From assembly GCA_030141605.1 (NCBI GenBank), contig JAQGDQ010001514.1, positions 1 to 36,887 on the forward strand: DNA of 36,887 nt. Reading direction: 5' to 3'. The stretch comes from Tubiluchus corallicola. Taxonomy: Eukaryota; Animalia; Priapulida. The translations under genes were made by a program, and so were the position numbers. Below the pieces are notes generated by a model. That model saw nothing but the letters and a program-made list of their open reading frames with translations, had not been told where the DNA came from and did not search any database. Numbering within the stretch: the stretch's first letter is position 1; every line of letters begins with the position of its first letter. Shown one piece after another: positions 25,201 to 36,297 of the stretch.

Positions 25201-28200
25201 CCCAGTCGAACATTTTCATGACGAATTAGAATCAGTTCTTTGCACTATCAACTCCACAGGCAAACCAGCTTATATATGTGGAGACATTAATATAGATTTA
25301 TATCAACATGATAACAAGCCATTTATTAATAAGTATCTCAACATGCTCTTCTCAAATCAATTTACACCAATTATCACGCGACCAACTAGAATTACTCCAA
25401 CGTCACACACCCTAATTGATCATATTTATACTAATAATCTTTCTACACCCATCACATCTGGCATCATTACTAACCCCATTGCGGACCACTTGCCAATATT
25501 TGCCATTATAAGAAATACTAATCTCCTGCACAACAAGATTAAAAAATCAGTCAGATGTACGAGATCATTCAATCAAGGTAACTTTTTAAGCGAGCTTCAA
25601 GTTAATATAAGTAACCTAACACTGAATGATGGCGAAGCAGACATACACTCTTACTGCTCACAATGGACTCGTTTAAAACATTACTTGATAAACATGCCCC
25701 ACTCAAAACGTTATCAAGGAAAAACTCAAAAACTATAGCTAAACCATGGATCACTCCCGGCATTCTCAATTCTATTAAAACAAGATGTTGTATGTATACA
25801 ACACACAAGTTATCCAACTCGCTGTATAAGCAAAATTTATATAAAACATATTCTAACAAACTTAATCACATCAAACATGCATCCAAAAAGAAGTATTACT
25901 CCCAGATCTTGGTTGCAAACAAAAATAACATGAAACAAACTTGGAGCACTATCAATGAACTTCTCAAAATTAAAAAAAAGACAGCTAGTATAATGCCAAC
26001 TAAAGTTCGTTACCAAGGCACAACCTCGTGTGACCCGCACCATAAAGCTAATGCTTTTAACAGTTTTTTTGCAAACATTGGTATATCACTGGCATCACGC
26101 ATAACACAACCCAAAAACTGTAAGTATACAGACTATTTAATGCATCCCCAAGAAAATTCTTTCTATATCACACCAGTTAGCGAAATCGAGATTTCCCAAG
26201 CTATTGATAGACTAGATCCCAATAAAGCAAAAGGCCCTTATGACATCCCAATTACATATTTTAAAATGTCTAAAAACATAATTTTAGCTCCGCTTATATC
26301 TGTTTAATGTGTCAATTCTGACTGGGACATTCCCCGACACTTTAAAACTGGCAAAAGTAATCCCCATATATAAAAAAGATGATCCAAACGAGCTGAACAA
26401 CTACCGACCGACCTATCTCACTCATATCACCCATTGCCAAAATTTTTGAGTCAATTTTATATAAACGCCTGATGACATATTTAATCAAAAATGATACAAT
26501 ATCATGTTTTCAATTCGGTTTCCGCAAAATCATTCCACAATATTAGCAACTGCTGAAATCATAGGCAATCTTCTGACAAACCTAGACAATAAATTACTTA
26601 CCTGCAGCATTTTTCTTGATTTAACAAAAGCTTTTGAAACCGTTCAACACGACATTTTACTCAACAAAATGGACTATTATGGTATCCGTGGAATCACGCA
26701 AAAACTATTCCAGTCATATCTTACGAACAGACACCAGTTTACGGTTGTTGACAATTTTGCCTCTGACCAATGCTCAATTCAGTGTGGTGTACCTCAAGGA
26801 TCCACCTTGGGTCCACTTCGTTTCCTGATATATATAAATGACCTCCCTCTTTTTACTAACATGCAAACACGACTTTTTGCTGATGACACTAACCTCTTCT
26901 TAGCAGACAACGATACGCAAAATCTTGAGCTTAGAAGTAATGAAGAATTGATCAAAATTAACACATGGATGCATACAAATAAGTTAACAGTAAACTATAA
27001 TAAAACAAAATTTATGATCATAAGAAATAAATTTGAAAACAATGGAAACTCCATTATAACAGTATCCATGCAAGACTGTTTATTAGAACAAGTATCAGAC
27101 ATAAAATATCTGGGCGTCTACATAGATGACACCCTTAATTAGCTACATGTTACATTATGAGTTAGTATACAATATCGAGGTTTTAACAGTAATTAAATAA
27201 CATTTTAATTTAACTTATCTAGCACTTTGCGCTATCGTTTTACTATGTGTATAACTCAAAGCACAGGCAGGTTGGAAAACAGGTATAAGTCTTTACCAGT
27301 GAGAAACTCCACGACGGCGCTTATATGGGCCTAGGCCTATTTTGGAAGAACCCGTTTAGCAAGGATTGAAGAATCACTTTTTGATTAATTACGCAGTTGA
27401 TGGCTCAGTTAAGTTAATCATTGATTGCATTCGGGATTCTGTTTCGGACATTTCGGGGCCACAAAACAACTTGAGAATCTTTGGACATTTACATGCTATA
27501 CACTTATTCAATGTTTGATGAATCTCAACTATGGAATCCAGCTTTCCTTTCTGAATATGAACTTTGACATGAGAAAGTCTTCCGTTGAGCAACTCCTTGT
27601 GATTTGCTGCACGAGCAACTCGATAAATGTAGGACGGCAAAGTATCAATTTAGGGTTAACTGTACCATGAGTCAACTCAGTGTTACGAACTATGCTTCCA
27701 CATTTGATTCGAAGCTCCTCAAAACATAATCGTGGAGACCTACAGATGTTATCGAGTTTATTATTTTGAAGAGAATCACACATTTTCTATGATTCCAGAA
27801 AAAATCCAGAAAAAAATTCCTACTTCAGCAAGGTAGAGATGTGTGGGAATGCTGTTCTCATAAGTTGGTTGTATTTGCATTTACTCTGTACAAATAAAGT
27901 AATTTGTCTGGTGCAATTGCTGCACTTCTGAAACTGGCCTGTCGCACCACAACACACAGTAAATTTTCTGTTATGGAAGTCTTTGGTGTGTAGACGTGCA
28001 GAATTATTGTGTGTAAGTGTGTAATGAAATTCAATAAGTGGAAGGTTTGATTTTATTTCTTTCAACCGATTATAAAATGGTCAGACTTTTTTAGCGTTTT
28101 TCAACCAGTAAAGCTCAAATTTTGACCACAGATGCACACCAGAACGTTGCAAATGATGTTCTACAAATCGTACAGCTCTGCTATCAATAACAACACCAAG

Positions 28201-29532
28201 AAGCTGCTATCATGGTACCGATGTTTCTCTAATTGCAAGTATTTTATGCAAGTAATTTTATTCACGATTCAAAATTATAAAGCGCATTATAAATATACAC
28301 AGGCAGCATAAGCAACAGACAATTCATTGGCAAAAGCCATTAGAGTGTAGTCTTGCCTTTGTTCTCCTGAGCTAATGCAAACGAAATGTGGTAATGTGAT
28401 CGAAGGTGTAACTATATACTGTTGAAAGATGGACAACTATTTTAGACTAGGCAGATTTTTACCCCAACCCAGTTTTTGTTTCCACAACTCTTTGAGGAAT
28501 AATTTACATTTCAAGCCAATTTGCATATCACGCCATATAACTTAGTACAGTCTGAGTACTTTTAGATCAATCTACCCCATCATGCTCAGATATTGTACCT
28601 AAAAATAAGGACAAGTGTGTAACTGGTTGCACAAGTTCACATGTGTTTCCTGAAGGCATATTTTTGCTTGTTCGTATAGCAAAATTACCTCTTGTACTGA
28701 CGAGACACCTGTTATCAAGTTTTATACATAAGTATTTTGAATGACAGTTGGGGAAATATCCTTGTAATATGTTTGCAATGTTTGTTGATGAGCGAACCTA
28801 GAAGATTTGGACTAGCCACTATGCAGACGGAGCAAATGGAAGATTATGACGTAGTCATATGATACGTATGGTTTTTGGGAATTTTCGACCAAAGGTTATA
28901 TTGTTACATCCCAATCAGGTGTATTTAGAACAATTTTTAAAAAAGCCTTTCTAGTGACTTGTGACTGTCAAGCTGAGATTTCGAAACCATTGTAATATTC
29001 CGCACAGGTCAAGGAGATGGACTGGATCTTTGTAATGTCTCTGGAAGAACTGGGCCTTGACTTTGTACTTGCATTGTATACAATTCTTATTTTGGTTGTT
29101 TGCTTATAAGCATAATGAAAATGGGGTAATGTTGCATAGACAGCATACACTTTCAGTGAGTGGAGTAACTTGTTCTATTATACGCTTTAGCTCTTGATCA
29201 TGAAGAATCGAATCGTTGTAGCTCAAGCCTAAATACATCAAGCGTGATTTAAACACCCTATGGCCAATCCGAAGTTCTCAGTAAGGTTGAAGTTCTCCTC
29301 TTTCTGTGGCTACGGCACTATTATCCTTTGGTTATCACTTAGTTAGAGCTTTTTTGTGTCTGATTTAGCTGTCTGTTATTCCTAAGTGCTTTAATTGTCA
29401 ATACGATTTACATCAAAGGAGATTCACTAACTACTTCTTTTATATCGCCATACGATGTATTGCTATTTTACCTTTCCCTTCAAGCTAGAAATATTATGAG
29501 TGGGAACCTCGTGAATTATCATCAAACAGCAG

Positions 29533-29616
<84 letters not shown>

Positions 29617-32600
29617 CATTCATGTATTCTGTTGTTGAGAAAAAAGTGCTTCTCAAAAATGTACCTGTGGAGAAGCCTGCAAGTAGAAATGTGGAAACAT
29701 CGGTATCCCTTGTGGAAAGATGAAATGAAGAGCATAGTGATTGCCTACTAGCAACTGGGATTCATACTGTGAATGATTATATACAGAATGTGTCTGCTAA
29801 CTTATCTTTATAATATTCTAGAAGAAACTCTGTAACAAGTGAAGGTAAGACTTCTCACTGTATATTTCCACATACAACAGCTGTTTTAAATCTAATCTGT
29901 TTTCCGTGTTCAAATTCAAATGTCTTTATGATAATACGCCTTTCTGCACATACATTTATTTTAAACAGCTTTGCAAACGATTCTTTTATGAAGGTTTTTT
30001 GCTGCTTGCATAAAAAACCATTTTTGTAGAAACTTTGGCCAACATTCCCCATTTGAGCTTCAGCCATATTGGTGGCACAAAAAGAAGACTTTGCCAGGTC
30101 GTGGGCAAAAGAAGTAAACCAGGGTTTTGTCAAAATTTGGAAATGTAAATAAGCTGGGGTCAAGTCACTAGTCTTGTATTGTAGATGTCGGGAATATGTG
30201 CCAACAGAAAACAGAATAGTGAATTGTGACTTTTGGAGAAATGGTTACGGACAGCACCTATCTGTCAGTGTTTTGTTGGGTCCTATCTTCTCTTACAGTT
30301 TTTCGCATTTGGCTATAGCTGGAGTCCAATTCTTGTATCCAAGTCGAACAAAATTCGAAAATGGTAGGTCGGGTACAGAATTGTTCCATTGTTGAGAAAC
30401 AATGGTTGTAGTGTACCAAATGGTGTTGACCCAAGATGATTGACCACTGACGTAGGATCATGGTTCAAAATCATGGCAAGTTCCAAAATGGTTAAATTCC
30501 AAAGTAATCAAGCAATGCAAATTCAACAAAAGGGATAATCTAGAGTCAGATCAAGTCGAGCACACACTTTTCATTTTATGTTATGAACATTGTACAGTTT
30601 ACAGCAAGTCAACACTCTTGTTGCCAATTCAGTTGCATTTTTGTTTCACTGTAACGCTTCGAGGGCTGTGGCGTCCCTAATCTTTATGTAATAATCAAAA
30701 TAGTAATTATGCTACATGTATTTTAACGGGTTCGTTTGCTGTATTTTAAGGCTGTTTAGTTAAAGACAAAACAAGACGAAATATAGATTTTAAAGCTCTC
30801 GTTATTGTAAAAGAAAGGAGTACAACTACAAGTCAACAGTAAGAGTACAATATTACTTGTAATGGCTTACTGTGAAATCCCCCAAGGAAAGACGAGGATT
30901 GAAAAATAAATGCGCATAACTTATCTGAATGTTCTTGACGATATTGTGCACAATACACCAATCCTCCTCCTACAATGGCAATGCTGTCGAGCAACATGAC
31001 GATTCTCCACGAAGCATAACAACGCAGGCAACGACAGCTAAGCAACTGTTTCCAGCAACCCTTTACTAGTCTACAACAGCAACGTACCAAGAGCTGACTG
31101 GAATGGTCGAAACATCACACTTTGTGGCTTTACCAGGTCTCCAAACAATGTAACAGCTATGGGACTGAGAAAGACAGGCTATACATCAGAAGCACTGTCC
31201 TTTTTGCCAAAAACAACACTTAGCTCAGTTCTCCATGGTAAATGATGTACCAGCCTTTCCATACATTACATACATTAATATAGACACAGACATACATTAA
31301 CTACAGGTAACACGCCATCTGGCCAAACCAACAACGAACGTCTGCATCAGTGAAAATTATCAGCACACCTGTCCAGAACAGGTGTTGCTTTTTCTGCATA
31401 AGTAAACGAAGCACATTTTTGTTTCACTTGTTTGGGTGCGTGCTAATTTTTCCCATCTGAACCGGAAATGTGCAATTTTATTGTATTTTAGACCATTGTG
31501 CGGTTGATAGACGCTATTTCCTCAGGCAAGTTCGCTGCTTTAAAACTCATTGTGTCACCTCAAACTCGTGACTCATAATTTCATTACTACTGTGAAAGGG
31601 GTCAAAGGCCCCTTGGACCCACCCCCTAAATGCAGAAGTGCAGTTACAGTTAGCTAAAAAGTGTCTCTAGACAACGGAAATCGATAAGAAAATCGACATG
31701 AGCTGATTGCTCGGGCATTGTGCAAACAAACAATTCTGTGGACGCACGTGCGTCAGTGCGTCTGATTGCTGGCGCCCATGCTGGCAGGGGTAAGGAGACG
31801 ACGAAATGAAAGAACACATACAGCAATGCAAGCCAAGCAAGCCATTTACTATGAATTAGCAACACACGCCTAACATTCACTTTGCAGAATCTCGTGATCA
31901 CAAACAACTGCCTTGTTGTTATTATTATATCTCTATTATATGTTAGCATTTTGCTTATTAACTTGCAAGCTAGGGGCTGGAAATTTGCAGGGTGGGTAGT
32001 CTTGGGCGGCAGAAGGACAGTAATGCAGAAACCTCAGCAACTTGTCAAGTGGTGCATGGCAGTGGGCGTCGGTGAGTTTATGACTCAGCTTCTCCCAGGT
32101 CTTTCCATTTTTTCCATTTTTTCACATATATTTAGACATTTTGTATTAGATGTGCACCTGCAGTATTAAAAGGTGGAAAGCTTTAAACATGTGCGCTGGT
32201 GAAATGTAATCCTGACAGTCGGTGACCTTCTACCCCTTTTGTTTGTTTAATCTTCAGTTTCTAATCACGTGTGAAACATTGCCAACTGGTGCAATTTTAA
32301 TTTCGAATTTACTCTGATTTGAACAGTCTATGCGTCCTCAGTTTATTAGAGCCATTTGGATGAGTATTATCGTTATGGAGAGCATTTACAATTTAGAGGT
32401 TGTAATTATGCCTAATTTCTTTTCAATTGAATGAATTGGCTTAGTTTTGCTGAAAGTACGTCCGGTCTTCCAAACATGAGTAAATTTACATTTTTACATA
32501 ATATTTTCCTAATGCTTGTAACCCATAGAAATGTATAGTTACCATTTATATCTTGTTCTTTACACATCAAATAAATATTATGTACTAAAAAACTATCTTC

Positions 32601-33092
32601 AAGCATTTCTAATATATGCAAACAGAATTTCGCCATTAATTTAATTACAAATATATAAACTGGATATACATCGAACTCTGCCCTAACAGCAAGACTAATA
32701 GGTTTTTAATTTTAGTACAGTAACCTCGCTTTTTACTTTATCATAATTAGCTTTAAAAATGTTTCTGTTCAATGATTTTTCCACATTGAAGAAAAAGCTC
32801 CCCAGTATGAATCGGCTCGCTAAGGTATATTAAAAACAAAAGCTTTGAAAAAATGTTTTGAAAAATTGTTTGTAGTATAGAACAGAAAACTACAACAGTC
32901 GCAATATGTAAGATTATAAGCACAATTTTGCAACTATATTTTTCTTAGTTAAAAATTTCAACTTACCTGATTAATACTTAGCTTGCTTAGTTTGTGCATC
33001 TTTGAAAAAAGCAGAAATCCTAAAGCAAGAAGGAGCAAGTAATACACACTTCGTTTGGAATATTTACTTTGTCTGTTAGCTTGAATGCCCAT
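13703..33092 (-). CDS. GT8 glucoside xylosyltransferase (GXYLT1/2, Shams-like); 7 coding exons, about 365 aa: complement(join 32967-33092, 22904-23077, 20580-20690, 18065-18260, 17081-17230, 16427-16614, 13703-13855)
   Basis: All six introns are GT-AG with matching phases (0,0,0,1,1,0). Exons total 1098 nt (365 codons plus stop) with no internal stop. The product is colinear with GXYLT proteins: TM anchor, EEALNMIKSAL, LHLF, RLFL, YLDVDII (DxD), FNSGVLLM, GDQCILN, LPCEWN, ILHG. The first and last exons are less certain than the middle five. Confidence 0.82.
14600..15695 (+). mobile_element. Decayed 3' end of an L2/CR1-group LINE (ORF2 tail and 3' UTR), intronic and antisense to the GT8 gene
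   Basis: YYS...YYGIMFWDGI*KSNLEALQIIQNKILKLI (14600-14730), HDHHTRYS...KQSSKYNAIKIR*SIPREMK (15315-15440), and AATAAA at 15690. Confidence 0.65.
16345..16447. repeat. Tandem duplication (2 x 50 bp, 53-bp period) spanning the exon 6 splice donor
   Basis: 16345-16394 and 16398-16447 both read GTCTGTGCAT..AATTGATAA.AACTTACATTTTGATACAGCTGATATAT, with 3 mismatches. Confidence 0.95.
16427..16614 (-). CDS. GT8 gene exon 6
   Basis: ATTGCAG| (D)RIFVLPCEWN...CKSAKVNGLGILHGTAMHF...FPEFLLVRMIYQLYQN |GTAAGT; 188 nt. If unspliced, it reads through to a stop at 16394. Confidence 0.88.
17081..17230 (-). CDS. GT8 gene exon 5 (NSGV and GDQ motifs; not in the ORF track)
   Basis: TATTTTCAG| (G)FNSGVLLMKLNNMRKVNF...DAVTGDQCILNIYGRKHT G|GTAACG; 150 nt; phase 1 to 1. 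Confidence 0.92.
18065..18260 (-). CDS. GT8 gene exon 4 (DxD motif)
   Basis: TTTTGCAG| DALPNISRIIYLDVDIIITRPLDLLWSYFDKMN...HLFGLS G|GTAACT; 196 nt. Confidence 0.92.
19430..19930 (-). mobile_element. Penelope-like retroelement remnant (GIY-YIG endonuclease region)
   Basis: YMKLPFF, VTYEHDCYCCN...TTNVLHKK, HPFTIDNFRIIDTA and KPSLN occur in the order expected for Penelope-like C-termini. The YIG motif itself has decayed. Confidence 0.5.
20580..20690 (-). CDS. GT8 gene exon 3 (not in the ORF track)
   Basis: TTATTTTTAG| VSSWNKDISLTFHETDNIPIKWLNFFKRGAVIRLFLA |GTAAGT; 111 nt; corresponds to the GXYLT WKKLFKPCASQRLFLP block. Confidence 0.88.
21750..22377 (+). mobile_element. Possible decayed 3' end of a hAT element (dimerisation-domain trace and TIR-like end)
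   Basis: Frameshifted PISTL..MT.LVTT..QHFTAL...LINVFLATCPQ, then GCCTAGTTTGCCTAGT...CCGGGCCCTG ending at 22377. No partner TIR or TSD was found. Confidence 0.3.
22188..22290. repeat. Imperfect (TTA)n microsatellite; (TA)n tracts also at 22398-22419 and 17514-17530
   Basis: Direct reading. Confidence 0.9.
22904..23077 (-). CDS. GT8 gene exon 2
   Basis: TTTAATAG| NTGKMASINVAVTLLGRDYKHVEEALNMIKSALMVTSVPLRLHLFCDSEQTKRILWQN |GTAAGT; 174 nt. Confidence 0.88.
23526..24399 (+). pseudogene. LINE ORF1 (coiled coil and RRM, L1-ORF1p/Transposase_22-like), frameshifted near 23600 and 24310
   Basis: DDLDQYGRRDTLIISGIP, DISISHRLP, PPQIIVKF, VYISESLT, FVW(frameshift)NGQIFIRK. The main open segment is 23639-24364. 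Confidence 0.88.
24437..27142 (+). pseudogene. LINE ORF2: PHD-like finger, AP endonuclease and reverse transcriptase, in frameshifted pieces (24437-25738, 25663-26307, about 26305-26500, 26504-27142)
   Basis: CTKC...IQCDVCSLWTHLKC; HFN, IAISET, GGVGVYV, GVIYRHP, CGDINID, TLIDHIYTN, DHLPIF; KPWIT, KAKGPYDIP, LAKVIPIYKK, NYRP, FLDLTKAFETV, GVPQGSTLGP, LFADDT, KYLGV. Confidence 0.95.
28700..30050 (-). mobile_element. Second BEL/Pao remnant (protease to RT region), interrupted by a microsatellite
   Basis: QKTFIKESFAK...IIIKTF; NLTENFGLAIGCL; YNDSILHDQELKRIIEQV; LPH...TTKIRIVYNAS; DPVHLLDLCGILQWFR; KAFLKIVLNTPDWDVT. Confidence 0.85.
29533..29615. repeat. Perfect (CTA)27 microsatellite
   Basis: Direct reading; it accounts for the poly-Thr and poly-Ser ORFs at 29460-29735. 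Confidence 0.97.
32967..33092 (-). CDS. GT8 gene, predicted exon 1 (cytoplasmic tail and type II TM anchor)
   Basis: MGIQANRQSKYSKRSVYYLLLLALGFLLFSKMHKLSKLSINQ ends at a consensus CAG|GTAAGT phase-0 donor. In-frame upstream ATGs at 33134 and 33158 are alternative starts. Linkage to exon 2 across a ~9.9 kb intron is inferred. Confidence 0.65.
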
Positions 33093-34160
33093 ACAGTAAT
33101 GACCGTAATATTTACACGTGTCACAACATTTCATGTCATAATCATGCTTTTTATACATTTTCAATTGCTACTTTTGCGAAAACAGCTATCACTGTGAACA
33201 TCTGTGAATGTCGAATGATAAATCAGCTGGGCAGCTGCATGCAATCTGACTTGAATGACTAATATTTACATCATCATTTGAACAAAGAAATAATTTCAAC
33301 ATTTTTGGGTAGCTTAGTCTAAATTTTCATCTCTCGTTCCATATATAACCGCTTATGTAACATACTAGTAATTTGAACATCGCTCACTGTTCGTTGAGTT
33401 ATACCGCCTAAATAACAAACCATTAATGCTGCCATTACAGATATAAGAGTGCGTTCTAAATTGCAAACAACCATTTCTTTCTGCACACGAATAATCAACT
33501 CTTATCTATAACCAAATGTTCCGCAAAGCATTTTACTTTTAAATAGGACTGAATTTGCTATTTGCTATTTGAGTTTATATGCTTCTTTCTACCCATTTTG
33601 GAAAAGCTAAGACATCCTAACAGATATTCCATATTTTGGCATAGAACTACTTAATTCAGTATTTAAGCAAGTGACACAAGTAGAGTATAAAAACAAATAA
33701 AGAAATCACAGCAATGGTACATTCAATTCAATGCGGCTCAAATCAATATTTTTGCCTCATGCAATTCAACTTAAGGTGCGTTTAAATATAGTTAATCCGC
33801 CGTAGACTATAAACAGGAAGAGGCAGCAAAAGACTATTTGGTCACCTGGCAATCACTCCTTAATAATCAGTTAATAATGTTGTTAAGGTGTTAATACTGT
33901 TGTTGTGGGGGAGTCAGGTTTATTTCTGTTATTTTAACTTTACAAAAATTCGTAGTTTAATATTGCTAAAAACGAAATTTTTTGGATGCTGAATGGGACA
34001 AATTTGCCAATATCTGTTCAGGGAGGCGTTCCAATAGTTTAACCATATTAGACTGTAGACCATACTGGGTGTTAAACCGTGGTTGGAATAAATGTCCTTT
34101 CCTTGTCGATCAAGGATGAGGACAACTGTGACATAAACATAGACATAGATATAGGCAGTT

Positions 34161-35290
34161 TTTATTTATCTCCTAATTGACACCAGAATTACAAGATAAA
34201 CAATAAATGCTATAGTTGGTTAATAATTGCGATAAATGTATACAAAAGAAAGGGGTGCAGGAGAAAGATAGGACGATTTGATCATCAAAGACAGCTACCC
34301 TTCATAAATGAATGTGAATTATAAAAAGATTTTATGGCGTTGCTGTCTTGTTATTATATAGTGTAGAAGAAAAATCACTGTTACTGAAAAATGTAGCAAG
34401 CACAAATTATGTATGAAAGACGAGGTAGCTAAATAGACTACATGGTAAGGAAACAATGTAATAAAATGGAAATATGCAATGACACTCAAAAAATCTGTAA
34501 ATTACAAGAATAACTGATTAAACTGTAAAACATGGGAAGCAAATAAGATCAAACCAAATGAAAATAAAATATAATTGAACAATCAATATGGAATACAAAA
34601 TATGCATGACAAAAGGAAACTAAGCATAATGAAATGAATATGTGCAATGATATTCTGCTAAAATGTCAAATATAAACTATGGAAGAAGATATCTTAAGTA
34701 AAGAAACAGAGATAGAGCAGACATAATATGCAATGAATATTGAGTGACCACATGTCAAGGAACATAATATAATACAAACTGACGATAATCTAAAACAATG
34801 AGCAAATAATATAATGGGACGAAGATATGTAATGATTAAAACAGAATAGGTAAGCAAAAAACAAAAGTAGAGCAACAAAATATAAATTTTATAACGAATG
34901 AAAAGGTGTGGTGCAACGACTGGTGTTAATTAAAAATTAATAAAGCAAACTCATTTTTATGTAATTGGCGTGGCTGCAAAGAAACGACAATATTATGCAG
35001 TTTTAGAGTAAAAAAGTTGCGACGATAAATAAATTAGTAAAAAGGAAAACCGATAAAATTAATTAAAATGACTTATTACAAGCAGAACTTAGTAGACAGC
35101 GTCACACACCATAATTAAAGACAAGTATAGACTTACAGTTGCTTATCAAATAATTAAAGGCGCCATTTTAAGCTCAATGGGCAAATTATTCTACAAAAAT
35201 GCACCTTGATAAGTCAGTGATATTCGCCCTTGGTTAAAATTAAATCTTTGAACATAATTGGTTTAGTTATTTGCAGAAGAAACTTGTTTT
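34161..35290 (-). mobile_element. Decayed 3' end of an L2/CR1-group LINE with a long pyrimidine-rich 3' UTR; may extend to about 35790
   Basis: YVQRFNFNQGRISLTYQGAFL*NNLPIELK (35165-35255) matches the ORF2 terminal YxGxxLWNxLP motif; minus-strand AATAAA at 34161-34166. Confidence 0.6.
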
Positions 35291-35859
35291 TTTAGTTATC
35301 ACAAATTAACATTATGTATAGTGCATAAATTATATAGCGTCCACTTGCGACAAATGCTGGAGTGAAATTATAGTAAAGACTGTGTTACGTTTGAAGCTTA
35401 AATTCACCATGTTGGATGTTTATGTGCTGTACAATAGGTCTAGTCCCTTACAGTGTGTGTACTAGTAGTGTACTCTTGCAGGCTTATAATCAGTTAAACC
35501 AAGCTGTATTGTAGATACGTCTGTGTTACAAATTTTGTTTTTCAATTTCCAAAATTTACAAAGTTAAAATAAGTCAGGAGTTAAGACTAAAATTGTTAAT
35601 TTATTTTTTTCTTCTTTGGAAGCTTATGTATATTCACTAGATTTAAAATCTAAACCGTTTATTCATTAATTTATACTTTAATATTTACATTGTTTTTAAT
35701 GTATTCCACGGTGAGATATTAGTGTTGTAATTGCTTATATTCAGAAACAACGAATCAAAATATTAAGATTTTTTCTCGTTAAGCAGTAGCTACTTCAGTT
35801 TGAGTTTAGTTGTTGAGATTCTTCAAAGTTTGTTTGTTGATGATGTTACTAACACGGAT

Positions 35860-36135
35860 GAGTCTAATTGCTGTGGTTTATGTTACAAGTTGATTACCAA
35901 TTACCGAATTATTATCCAATGTTCTTATTGCAATTCATATTACCATCGCAGATGTGTATCTATACCAACCTATATTAATGATAATGATCCATTCATGTGC
36001 CCGGTGTGTTATGACAATGTCTTTCCTTTCTCTAAATTTGATGACTGTGATTTACGTAAATTATTATATCATACTAAATTTGAAGATTTTAGCGATTCAC
36101 CAGATATTTTAAATAGTCAATGTTACCTTAAATAA
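35860..36135 (+). mobile_element. Isolated PHD-finger N-terminus of a LINE ORF2
   Basis: CGLC...IQCSYCNSYYHRRC...FMCPVCYDNVFPF (C4HC3), the same type as 24437 onward, ending SQCYLK*. Confidence 0.7.
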
Positions 36136-36297
36136 CTACGAAATTGGAGAAAGAAAAACGTGAACTGTCAAAAAACTGGAGCATCAATTACGCCAGAATA
36201 GTTATCTGCGAATGGAAAAAGAAAAAGAAATAGGTTGCAGTAAACAGCATCCGAAGAGATATTGTAACTCATTGAATAAAGTTAAGACTTGTTTTAA

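Larger units (their letters stand above)
23460..27155 (+). mobile_element. CR1/L2-group LINE retrotransposon; 5' region retained, 3' truncated; antisense within GT8 intron 1
   Basis: ORF1 plus ORF2 (PHD, APE, RT) with several frameshifts. Homology ends just after YLGVYIDDTLN*. Boundaries are approximate and no TSD or tail was seen. Confidence 0.93.

Noticed and set aside
27389-28065. Overlapping Cys-containing ORFs with faint Harbinger-like wording
   Set aside because: No convincing DDE motif; too degenerate to call.
29460-29735. Poly-Thr (mucin-like) and poly-Ser ORFs
   Set aside because: They are translations of the (CTA)27 microsatellite inside a Pao remnant.
30174-30530. LYCRCR...VNCDF PHD-like start followed by CCAAAATGGT-like degenerate repeats
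   Set aside because: Only half of the ligands are present and the frame shifts; probably a repeat relic that cannot be assigned.
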